Shown here: in pieces, positions 48,690 through 60,419 of the stretch
Layout of the letters: each line of letters starts with the position of its first letter
How positions within the stretch are numbered: position 1 is the stretch's first letter
Assembly (NCBI RefSeq): GCF_902713615.1
Contig: NC_052160.1
Coordinates: 137,744,737 to 137,808,736 of the forward strand
Source of the DNA: Scyliorhinus canicula
Taxonomy: Eukaryota
Direction: 5' to 3'
DNA: 64,000 nucleotides
Notes under the pieces: model-generated
The model's database searches: none
What the model was told of the DNA's origin: nothing
The model's input: the letters and a program-made list of their open reading frames with translations, nothing else
Made by a program: the position numbers and the translations under genes

Positions 48690-48925
48690 CATTTCTATCC
48701 CTAGAAAATGAGCACGATAAAGGTGCTGGAAAAAGCATCGACCGACCAGAGTGACCAAATGGTCGCCCTGGAGGCTGAACTGAAGAGGTCGCTGGCGACC
48801 CAGGGGAGCCGGATGGGGAAGGTCGAGGACCAAGAAAATCAGTCGAGGTGACAGAACATTCGAATAGTGGACCTGCCGGAGGGAATCGAGGGCAGGGACC
48901 CGACCGACTACATGTCCCAAATTCT
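48690..48925 (+). mobile_element. L1 ORF1 fragment
   Basis: KVEDQENQSR*QNIRIVDLPEGIEGRDPTDY, similar to the ORF1 at 5769-6479. Confidence 0.6.
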
Positions 48926-50067
48926 GATTAAAGCCACGGTTTACTTCTACTCAGGTCTCGAGTGAATTGATGGTCGCATCACCAGGTTCGATTCCCCGTT
49001 GGGTCACTGTCTGCGTGGAGCCTGCACGTTCTCCCCGTGCCTGCGTGGGTTTCCTCCGGGTGCTCCGGTTTCCTCCCACAGTCCAAAGGTGAAAATGAAA
49101 TGAAAATCGCTTATTGTCACGAGTAGGCTTCAATGAAGTTACTGTGAAAAGCCCCTACTCGCCACATTCCGGTGCCTGTCCGGGGAGACTGGTACGGGAA
49201 TCGAACCGTGCTGCTGGCCTGCTTGGTCTGCTTGGTAAGCCAGCAATTTAGCCCAGAGAGCTAAACCAGCCCCTTGTGCAGGTTAGGTGGATTGGCCATG
49301 CTAAATTGCCCCTTAACGTCGAAAAGATTCGGTGAGGTTACTGGGTTACGGGATGGGGTGGAGGTGTGAGCTTAAGTAGTTTGCTCTTTCCAAGGGCCGG
49401 TGCAGACTCGATGGGCTGAATGGCCTCCTTCTGCACTGTAAATTCTATGATACTATGTAAAGCCCAATACTGTGAATAGAACATTCTAAATCCCATTCAA
49501 TGGTTTTCCTACTGGAAAATCTGGAGTCTTCCATATTTCTGAATATCTATTTCTTCCATTATCCAAAATCCGCGCTAACTTTAGAAGAAGCAGCTTCGAT
49601 ATTAATATCTGTTTTTGAGCTGGTTTTTTACATGTTTCTTCATAACCTACAACTAATACAGTACATCCCCTCGCCCCCCCCCCCCCCCCCCATGCCCCCT
49701 CACCCCCGCTACCCCGGATTGCAGCATTTGTCTTCCCCATTTGCCATCTGGAGTCATTTTCTGCCAACTGTCCCCATAATTCCCCCCCCCCCCCCCCCTC
49801 CCCATAGCCCGCACTCCTGGATTACATCAGGTTTCTGCCTTCATATCCACCCTCCCCTTCTCCTCCTGCCTCCCTCTCCTCCACCCCCCCCCCTTTGACT
49901 CTCCATCCCCCATTATCCACCCACCTTTCCACCCTTTGTCCACACTCATTCCCTCCCTGCCTTCTCTGTTGCTCCATCTCTTCCCACCACCCTCCCAGCC
50001 CTGAGCACGCAGGTCGCAGGGAAGGCCGGAACCAGAAATAACCGAGAAATAGCCAGAAATAGTCCAG

Positions 50068-50702
50068 TGTTACTGGCCAGGGTTGAGAGAACCCCAAAAT
50101 GTAGCACGGAGTTCACCTGACCCACAACTTTTAATAGATTGTGGTATGGGGAGCACACGGCCCACTCTACAGGTGTGGTACAGCAGAAATGGAAAAGTAT
50201 TTTTTTAAAGCAAAACAATGTTTATTCTATGAACTCAAGTTAACCTTTTTAAAACATACAGTGAACATCTTAGCAACCATCAATTCAAATCTAACCCCCA
50301 AAGAATACAGCACGAAGTAATCCTTAATAACTTCCCAACCAACATCCAGAAGACCCAAAAAACACCTTTTAACAGAAGTACATTAGGTTTACATTCACTA
50401 CTGAGAACATTTATAATTCTGAATTCACCAAATGATCAAGAGATAGTCTTTTCATGGCAGAGAGATCAACAGTACACCTGCTCTGTCTAGCTTCAGTTCC
50501 AACACAGAAAACAAAACTAAAACACACGCTGCAGCAAACAGCCTAAAACAAAAGTAAAAAGCTGACAGGCAGCTCAGATCCACCCACACTCTGACATCAC
50601 TGCAATAGTAAACACCCATTTCTTAAAGATACTCTCACTACAGATATTTATATGCATACCCATTTATAAACACCCATTTCTTAAAGGTCCTCTCACATGA
50701 CA
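50068..50702 (-). mobile_element. 3' LTR of the Gmr1-like element
   Basis: Matches 2406-3392 without the SINE; preceded by CCAG. Confidence 0.9.
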
Positions 50703-53700
50703 CTATCCTTTAAGAAATGCACACAGTAAATATACTTTAACATTCAAAAAACAACACACGCAACCAGGCATAATAATAGAGTCCATTTTTTTTTCTTCTT
50801 CCTCCAACTGAAATCCTTCTCGATTGACAGTCGCTTTTAACAAGAAGGTCTCTGCACGATCCGTCCATTTCTCTACGCCATGGCATTTCCTTTTAAAGTC
50901 AGATACTTTAGATCAGTTTGATCACAGAGTCCCTTGTAATTCTCCAACACAGGAGCATTGGTTATCACAGCTTTCAGGCCGTCAAATGCCTGTTGAAACT
51001 CAGCTGTCCACTGAAATTTTTGACGTTTCTTCAGCAAGTCCATCAGTGGAGCAACCACGCTACAAAACTTTTCCACAAATGTTCGATGAAATCCACTCAT
51101 GCCAAGAAATCGCCTTATTTCCCTTCATCTTGAGGGTATTGAAAACTCCTCAATAACTGTTGGTTTTGCATCCCGTGGGACCATTCGACCCTGTCCGATT
51201 GTATGGCCAAGGAAAGTGACTTGGGCTTTTCCAAATTCACTTTTGGCTAGGTTTATCACCAGACTCACCTCCTGAAGTCAATCGAATAACTCCATCAGAT
51301 GTTTTAAATTTTCTTTCCATGTCTGGCTGAAAATGACCAGATCTTCGATGTATACCGCACAATTGGGTAATCCTGAAACAACTTTATTAGTTAACCATTG
51401 AAATGTGGCTGGGGCGTTTTTCATGCCAAATGGCATAACTATGAATTGGTATATACCACCTGGAGTCACAAAAACTGAAATCTCCTTCGCCCTTTCGGAT
51501 AAAGGTACCTGTCAGTAACCTTTAAGCAAATCCAGTTTGGAAATAGAAGCTGATTGTCCCATTTTCTCAATGCAATCCTCCAAACGTGGGATAGGATAAG
51601 AGTCCGTTCTGGTAACTGATTAACCTTTCTATAGTCCACACACAACCGTTAGTTACCATCTGGTTTTGGTATCATCACTATGGGTGAGCTCCATTGGCTA
51701 CAACCCACTTCAATTATGCCATTTTTAAGTATACTCTCAATCTCTTTGTTAACCTGTGCCAATTTTAAAGGGTTAAGTCTGTATGGATGTTGTTTGATTG
51801 GAACAGCATTTGCCACATCTACATCATGTATAGCCATTTTAGTACTTCCCAATTTATCTCCACAAACTTGCCCATGTGATATCAATAACTCTTTCAGGTC
51901 AGTTCGTTTTTCCTCTGGAAGGTAACATAACAATTTATCCCAATTTTTAAGAACATCCTCATTTTCCAATTTAATTTGAGGTCTGTCAAATTCACAGCCA
52001 TCTGGAATTAGTTCATCACTTTGAGTTAGAATCATTAAAACTTCCCTTTTTCTCTCCTTCCCTTTCAAAGTACCTTTTAAGCATATTCACATGACACACT
52101 CGGTGAGTTTTCCTTCTATCTGGTGTTTTTAACACATAATTCACCTCACTTAATTTCCATTCAATCTGATAAGGTCCACAAAACCTAGCTTTTAAAGGTT
52201 CACCTGCCACTGGTAACAATACTAAAACTTTATCTCCACTGGTAAAACTACGAACTTTGGATTTCTTGTCCGTTCCCTGTTTCATCACATTTTGTGCAAC
52301 TTTTAAATGTTGTCCAGCCAATTCACCTGCTCTATTTAATCGTTCCCTAAAATTTGACACGCAATCCAATAATATAATTTCCAATTTCTCACTCACCAAT
52401 TTTTCCTTAATCAATTTAAGTGGTCCTCTTACCTCATGACCAAAAATTAGTTCAAAAAGACGAAATTTAGTTGGCTCATTATGTGTATCCCTAATTGCAA
52501 ACACTATGAATGGAATTCCTTTATCTCAATCCTCTGGATAATCTTGACAATAATGCCTCAACATTGTCTTTAACATCTGATGCCACCTTTCTAACGCTCC
52601 CTGCGATTCTGGATGGTAAGCAGTTGATTGAAATTGTTTTATTCCTAAGCTATCCATAACCTCTTTGAATAACCTTGAGGTAAAATTTGATCCTAGATCC
52701 GATTGATTTCTGTGGGTCCATATCTAGTAAAGAATTTAAGTAACCCCTCCACAATCATTTTAGCTGTAATATTATGTACTGGAATGGCCTCTGGGAACCT
52801 AGTAGACACAGCCATTATCGTCAAAAGTTATTGATTCCCATTTTTTGGTTTTGGAAGCAGTCCTACGCAATCAATTAGGACCCTTGCAAAAGGTTCCTCA
52901 AATGCTGGAATGGGTATTAAGGGTGCTGGTTTTATCACTGCTTGAGGTTTCCCTATCACTTGACATGTGTGACGTGATTGACAAAATTTAACTACATCCT
53001 TATGTAGTCCAGGCCAATAAAAATGTTTCTGGATTTTAGCTTGAGTTATTCCTTATTCCCAAATGTCCTCCCACTGGTACCTCATGTGCAACTCGCAACA
53101 CCTCTTTTCTATACCCTACCGGCTATACTACTTCATCCACCTGCATATGTAAAGGTCTCCATTTTCTCATCAATACACTACTTTTACGGTAATAACACTC
53201 TGGTATACACGCAGATTCCTCTTCCATGTATGATTTCTGATACATACGTTTTATTTCTGCATCTTTTCATTGCAACTCCGCCAGTTTTCCTGAACTAAAA
53301 ATATCCGCCTCATCCTCCACCTGTTCTTGTTTTTTTTCAACCACCTGATCAAAAACCATTTCTGATAATTGCACTTCAACTTCATCTTCACTCTTTGATT
53401 TCTCTTCTTGTCTTAACCTGTGATTTTGCAACCTTCCTACTACACAATCCGGAAAAATACCAGGATATTCGTCCTTCAACACTTCAGTTGTCTGATTTTC
53501 CACTGGCTTATCCACCACAGTAGGCATCACTCCCACCTGCTATCCAACTATATCATTTCCCAAGATAAACTGTATTCCTGGACAAGATAGTTTCTCTATT
53601 ATTCCTACTACCACTTCACCACTCTTCACTGGACTTTCCAACATTACCTTATATAATGGAACACTACTCCTCTCACCCTGAATTCCACATATTGCCACCT

Positions 53701-53712
53701 TTTCTGGCAACA
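50703..53712 (-). mobile_element. Gmr1-like Gypsy pol remnant, order PR-IN-RT, no RNase H seen
   Basis: Right to left: protease-region ILGND, integrase (FYWPGLH...C, GHEVRGPL), RT (PIKQHPYR, WSSPIV, MPFGMKNAPATFQ, YIEDL), then ...APVL* and the LTR. Confidence 0.85.
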
Positions 53713-56700
53713 TTGAGTTGCTGGACTCCCTGAATGCAACTACAAACAAGCTGCTTGGAGCTCAGGCGGCCCAGGAGGTGTCTATCCGGGAGTTGCAGCA
53801 GCAGGCCGCTGAGCGGGAGGAGGAGGCCGTGGTCCTCGTGGGGAAAGTGGAGTTGCACGAGGCACTTCACAAAAAGTGGCAAGACCGCTTGGAGGAGCTG
53901 GACGTTCGCACGAGGCGAAAGAATTTGAGGATCCTGGGCCTGGCGGAGGGGCTGGAGGGGTCGGATCTCCCATCGTACGTGACCACGATGTTGAGCTCGT
54001 TGATGGGAGCGGGGTCCTTCCATCTGCCCCTGGAGCTGGAGGGGGCCAACAGAGTGCTGGCCAGGAGGCCTAAGGCAAATGAACCCCCGTGGGCGGTGCT
54101 GGTGCGGTTCCATCGATTTAGCGACCGGGAGTGTGTGCTGCGCTGGGCCAAGAAAGAGAGGAGCAGCAAGTGGGAGAATTCAGTAGTGCGAATCTACCAG
54201 GACTGGAGTGCGGAGGTGGCTAAGCGGCGGGCCGGGTTCAACCGGACGAAGGCGGTGCTGCATGCCAAGCAGGTCAGATTTGGAATGCTGCAGCCTGCGC
54301 GTCTGTGGGTGACATATAAGGACCAGCACCATTACTTCGAGTCCCCAGAGGAGGCGTGGGCCTTTGTACAGGCGGAGAAGTTGGACTCGAACTAGTGTCT
54401 GGGGACACACTATGGCCGTTTCTGTTTTCGCTGTTGCTGTTATTTAATTTTGACATGTGTTATTTTTATGCTGGTTTTCTTTTTGCTCTGTTTCCGGGTG
54501 GGTTTGTCTGTTGGGTATGGGTGTGGGGTATGTGGGGAACATTGGGGGTATGTGCTTTATATGTTCTCTTCTGTACGGGGCTGGGGGTTGGGGTGAAACT
54601 GGATTTTGAGGAGCTGTGTCAGAAGGGTGGGGTGTGGCAGTGTGAAAGCGCGGTCTTTCCTCTGGATGTCTGCGCTGCGGGGCAGGGGGGGGCGGAGCTG
54701 GAGGTGGGGGCATGGCCTTCACTGGTTTTCTTTCCCCCACTGAAGCGGTGCCAAGGAGGTGTGGCAAGAAGGGGATGACCCCATGCCGGGAGGAGATGGG
54801 TTTTGGCGGGAGCTGCCGGGTCAGCAGAAGTCAGCTGACTCACGGAAGTACCATGGAGGGTGTGTCGCGGCTAGGAGGGGTCCTAGCCTGGGGGATGGGG
54901 TGGGGGGGGGGGTGGGGTGGGGGGGGGATACCGGGTTGCTGCTGGAATGGCCAGGATGGAGCTGGTGTGGGCCGGGGGGATAGAGGAGAGGCGTTATCGC
55001 CATGGGGAACGGGTCAGGTGGGGCGAGCTGGCCTGGGGCGAGCAGTCGATAAGCTATGGCTAGCCAGCGGGGGAGAGGGGCAGGTTGCTCTCTGATCCGG
55101 CTGATTACCTGGAACGTGAGGGGGCTGAATGGGCCGGTTAAGAGAACCAGGGTATTTTCTCATCTGAGGGGGCTGAAGGCGGACGTGGCTATGCTCCAGG
55201 AGACCCACTTGAAGGTGGCGGACCCGGTCCGTCTGAGGAAAGGGGTGGGCGGGGCAGGTTTTTCACTCAGGATTGGACGCGAAGAACCGGGGGGGTGGCG
55301 ATTCTGGTGGGGAAGAGGGTGGCGTTCGAGGCGGCTGAGGTGGTGTCGGACAAGGAGGGCAGATATATTATGGTGAAGGGTAGGCTGCAGGGAGAGAAGG
55401 TGGTGCTGGTTAATGTATATGCCCCGAATTGGGATGATGCCGGCTTCATGAGGCGCTTGTTGGGCCGCATTCCGGACCTGGAGGCGGGGGGCCTGATCAT
55501 GGGGGGAGACTTTAACACAGTGCTGGATCCCCCACTGGACCGGTCCAGTTCAAGGACGGGTAGGAGACCGGCGGCGCCAAAGTGCTGAGGGGGTTTATGA
55601 ATCAGATGGGAGGGGTGGATCCCTGGAGGTTTGGGAGGCCGAGAGCGCGGGAGTATTCCTTTTTCTCTCATGTCCATAGGGTCTATTCCTGAATAGATTT
55701 TTTCGTCCTGAGCAGGGGATTGATCCCGAAGGTGCAGGATGCCGAGTATTCGGCCATAGCAATTTCAGACCATGCTCCGCACTGGGTTGATCTGGAGATG
55801 GGGGAGGCGCGGGACCAGCGCCCACTCTGGCACCTGGATGTGGGGATGCTGGCTGATGAGGAGGTGTGTAGGAGGGTCCGGGGAAGTATTGAGGGATATC
55901 TGGATACCAATGATACAGGGGAGGTCCGGGTGGGGATGGTCTGGGAGGCTCTGAAAGCAGTGATCCGGGGGGAGCTGATCTCCATCCGGGCCCATAGGGA
56001 ATGGAGGGAGAGGAAGGAGAGGGAGAGACTGGTGAGGGAGCTCCTGGATGTGGACAGGAGATACGCGGAGGCACCGGAGGAGGGGTTGCTGGGGGAACGG
56101 CGCAGGTTGCAGGCCAATTTTGACTTGTTGACCACCAGAAAGGCGGAGACACAGTGGAGGAGGGCGCAGGGCGCGGTATATGAGTATGGGGAGAAGGCGA
56201 GCAGGATGTTGGCGCATCAGCTCCGCAGGCGAGATGCGGCTAGGGAAATTGGTGGAGTGACGGATAGGGGTGGGAATGTAGTGCAGAAGGGGACAGAAGT
56301 AAATGGGGTCTTTAGGGACTTCTACGAGGAACTGTACTGGTCAGAACCTCCGATGGGGAGAGGGGGGATGGAGAGCTTCATGAACAGGCTACGGTTCCCA
56401 AGGGTTCAAGAGGGGCTGGTAGAGGGGCTGGGGGCGCCGATAGAGCTGGAGGAGCTAGTCAGGGGGATTGGACAAATGCAGTCAGGTAAGGCGCCGGGGC
56501 CGGACGGGTTCCCGGTGGAATTTTATAAAAAGTATGCGGATCTGGTGGGCCCCCTGTTGGGGCGAGCCTTCAATGAGGCATGGGAGGGGGGGCTTTGCCC
56601 CCGACGATGTCACGGGCACTGATTTTTCTGATACTGAAGCGGGGTAAGGACCCCTTGCAGTGTGGATCATACAGGCCTATCTCGCTCCTCAATGTTGACG

Positions 56701-59086
56701 CTAAGTTGCTGGCGAAGGTCCTGGCCACCAGGATAGAGGATTGTGTGCCAGGGGTGATACACGAGGATCAGACAGGATTTGTCAAGGGACGGCAGCTCAA
56801 TACGAATGTGCGGAGACTGCTAAATGTTATTATGAAGCCGGCAGTGGAGGGGGAGGCGGAGATAGTGGTGGCGCTGGATGCGGAGAAAGCGTTTGATAGA
56901 GTTGAGTGGGGGTACCTGTGGGAGGTGCTGGAGTGGTTCGGATTCAGGGAGGGATTCATCAAATGGGTGAGGCTGCTCTACGCGGCTCCGATGGCAAGTG
57001 TAGTTACAAATGGAAGGAGATCGGAGTACTTTAGGCTCTATCGTGGGACCAGGCAGGGGTGCCCCCTGTCCCCCTTGCTCTTTGCACTGGCGATTGAACC
57101 TTTGGCTATGGCGTTGAGGGAGTCAGGGAGATGGAGGGGTCTGGTGCGGGGTGGGGAGGAAAATCGTGTATCGCTGTATGCGGACGACCTGCTGTTGTAT
57201 GTGGCGGATCCAGAAGGGGGAATGCCGGGGGTGATGGAGCTGTTAGCGGAATTTGGGGGCTTCTCGGTCTATAAGTTAAATTTAGGCAAGAGTGAGGTAT
57301 TTGTAGTACACCCGGGTGATCAGGAGATGGGAGTTGGGAGACTCCCATTTAAGAGGGCAGTGAAGAGTTTCAGATACCTGGGGGTGCAGGTGGCCAGGAG
57401 TTGGGGGACTCTCCATAAGCTTAATTTTACCAGGCTGGTGGAGCAGATGGAGGAGGAATTTAGAAGGTGGGACATGGTGCCGCTATCGTTGGCAGGTAGA
57501 GTGCAGTCCGTCAAAATGGCGGTTCTTCCGAGGTTCTTGTTCCTTTTTCAGTGTTTGCCCATCTTTATCCCTAGGGCCTTTTTTAGAAGGGTGACTAGCA
57601 GCATGATGAGCTTTGTTTGGGCGCATGGGACCCCGAGGGTGAAGAGGGTCTTCTTGGAGCGGGGTAGAGATTGGGGGGGCTGGCGTTGCCCAATCTCTCG
57701 GGGTATTATTGGGCGGCCAATATGTCGATGGTGCGCAAGTGGGTAATGGAGGGAGAGGGGGCAGCATGGAAACGGATGGAGAGGGCGTCCTGTGGAGATA
57801 CAAGCCTGGGGGCCCTGGTAAAGGCGCCGTGGCCGCTCCCTCCTACGAGGTATACCACGAGTCCGGTGGTGGCGGCTACCCTCAAGATTTGGGGGCAGTG
57901 GAGGCAACATAGGGGAGAAGTGGGGGGGCTCGATGGAGGCTCCGTTAAGGGGGAACCATAGGTTCGTCCCGGGGAACATTGATGGGGGATTTCAGGGATG
58001 GCACAGAGTGGGCATCAGACAGCTGAGGGACCTGTTTATTGATGGGAGGTTTGCGAGCCTGGGGGAGTTGGAGGAGAAATTTGGGCTCCCCCGGGGAACA
58101 TGTTCAGGTATCTGCAGGTAAAGGCATTTGCTAGGCGGCAGGTGAGGGATTCCCTTCGCTTCCCACGAGGGGGGTGAGCGACAGGGTGCTTTCGGGGGTC
58201 TGGGTCGGAGAGGGGAAGATATCTGATATCTACAAGGTTATGCAGGAGGCGGAGGAGGCGTCAGTAGAGGAGCTGAAAGCTAAGTGGGAGGGGGAACTGG
58301 GGGAACAGATCGAAGACGGGACATGGGCTGATGCTCTGGAGAGGGTTAATTCTTCCTCCTCGTGTGCACTGGGCCCACATATCTGGGACGAGGATGAGTA
58401 GGTTCTTTGGGGGTGTCAGGTGCTCGGGGAGTCCAGCGAACCATGCCTATATGTTCTGGGCATGCCCGGCACTGGAGGAGTTCTGGAAGGGGGTGGCGAG
58501 GACAGTGTCAAGGGTGGTGGGATCCAGGGTCAAGCCAGGATGGGGACTCGCGATTTTTGGGGTTGGGGTGGAGCCGGGAGTGCAGGAGGCGAAAGAGGCC
58601 GGTATGCTGGCCTTTGCGTCCTTAGTAGCCCGGCGAAGGATCTTGCTACAATGGAAGGATGCGAGGCCCCCAAGCGTGGAGACCTGGATCAATGACATGG
58701 CGGGTTTCATTAAGCTAGAAAAGGTCAAATTTGCCCTGAGAGGGTCGGTACAAGGGTTCTTTAGGCGGTGGCAACCTTTTCTCGACTTTCTGGCTCAACG
58801 GTAGGGTACGGGGACAGTAGCAGCAGCAACCCGGGGGGGAGGGGGGGAAGGGGGAGGGAAAGGGGGGGGGGGCGGACAATGACTATGTTTGTTTATTTAA
58901 TTTTAATTTATTTTTAAGTTCTTTTGTTGTTCATTGGGGTTGGGGGGTGGGGGGATGTGACACATGCGTTGATACGGTCTGGGGGTGTTACAGTTATTAT
59001 GGGTTATTTTGTTGCATTTCATTGTTTGTCGTTATGTTTTATATTTTCTGTAAAAAATTCCAATAAAAATTATATTAAAAAAAAAA
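53713..59086 (+). mobile_element. L1-clade LINE, 5'-truncated in ORF1, ORF2 with frameshifts and stops, poly(A) tail
   Basis: ORF1 53718-54395 (RRKNLRILGLAEG); ORF2 WNVRGLN, GGDFN, SDH, PGPDGF, RQGCPLSP, YADD, HMFWAC; AATAAA 59062 and A-tail 59077-59086. Confidence 0.93.
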
Positions 59087-59196
59087 CAGAAAGTAATTTT
59101 GACATTTTTAACATTTGCTTGGTTCATTATGTTTTGAGCAATGAAAAGATGCTGAGTTTTGAACTTTTATTGATTGTGTTTCTCATCTATCAACAG

Positions 59197-59523
59197 GTAC
59201 ATGGGAGCCAATTGTATCAGAGATCAGTGGTGTTGTGGGAAATGTCGCCACTGTACCATGTCTGTACACGGAGGAGGAGAAATCATATCAGAAATTCTTG
59301 TGTAAAGTCACCTCTAGAAATAAATGCACCATTATTGCCAGCTCTAATGGGGCTGTAACCAATCTGCAAAATGGGAGTGTTTCAATCACTATTAACAATT
59401 CTCATAATTTTACTGTTACCCTGGGCAACATTAATAAAGCTGATGAAGGAGAGTACTGGTGTGGAGCAGAAACAGTAAAGAACATAAACATCGTCCAGGT
59501 AAAAAATCTGACAACTGCTGAAG
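59197..59523 (+). CDS. Gene C exon: Ig V-set domain D2
   Basis: caacag|GT...GAAG|gtaagg, 327 bp, open frame, 8 aa differences from gene A D2. Confidence 0.9.
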
Positions 59524-59884
59524 GTAAGGGTCAAGATAAAATTATTATCATTCAATCAGTGTTGTATCGAACTCCGAACAGAAACAATTGGTCAATGCCG
59601 GTGCGTGAGCTTCACACGAGGCACCTCCTACTCACCCTTTATCTCACACTTTCAGCATATCCTTCGGTCCATTTCCATCTCAATGTCTTTATCTAGCTTC
59701 CCATTAAAAACAGCTGTGACTGTTGCCACATCCACTCCTCTGGCAGCAAGTTCCACATTGAGCAAGTTCCATATTCTAACAACTACGAGTGAAGAATTTT
59801 ATTCCTGAAACCCTAATTGGATATCTTAAAAATATCTTAGATTTTTAAACCCTTAGGTTCTGTCATAAGTGGAAAGATCTCTAT

Positions 59885-60227
59885 TAGAATCATAGAATTT
59901 ACAGCGCAGAAAGAGGCCATTCAGCATATCGAGTTTGCACTGGCCCTTGGAAAGAGCACCCTATTTAAGCCCACGCCTCTACCATTTACCCGTAACCCAG
60001 TAACCCCACCTAACCTTTTGGATACTAAGAGCAATTTATCATGGCCAATCCACCTAACCTGCACAACTTTGGACTGTGGGAGGAAACCGGAGCACCCGGA
60101 GGAAACCCACGCAGACACAGGAAGAAAGTGCAAACTCCGCACAGACAGTAACCCGAGGCCGGAATTGAACCCAGGTCCCTGGAGCTGTAAGGCAGCAGTG
60201 CTAACCACTGTGCCACCATGCCTCCCC
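59885..60227 (-). mobile_element. V-SINE
   Basis: Same family as 35750. Confidence 0.85.
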
Positions 60228-60419
60228 TTGTCTTAATTTTTTGTTCTTCATTCTTAAGATGTTGGCGCCATTGGCAAGGCCAGCCATAACTAAACTTGAA
60301 AGTTTGGTGACGAGTCGCTGTTTTTAGCTGCTGCATCCATGTGGTGTCGGAACACCCATGGTGTTGTTTGAGAGGGAATTCCTGGATCCGGACCCAGTGA
60401 CAGGGAGATCACGATAATG

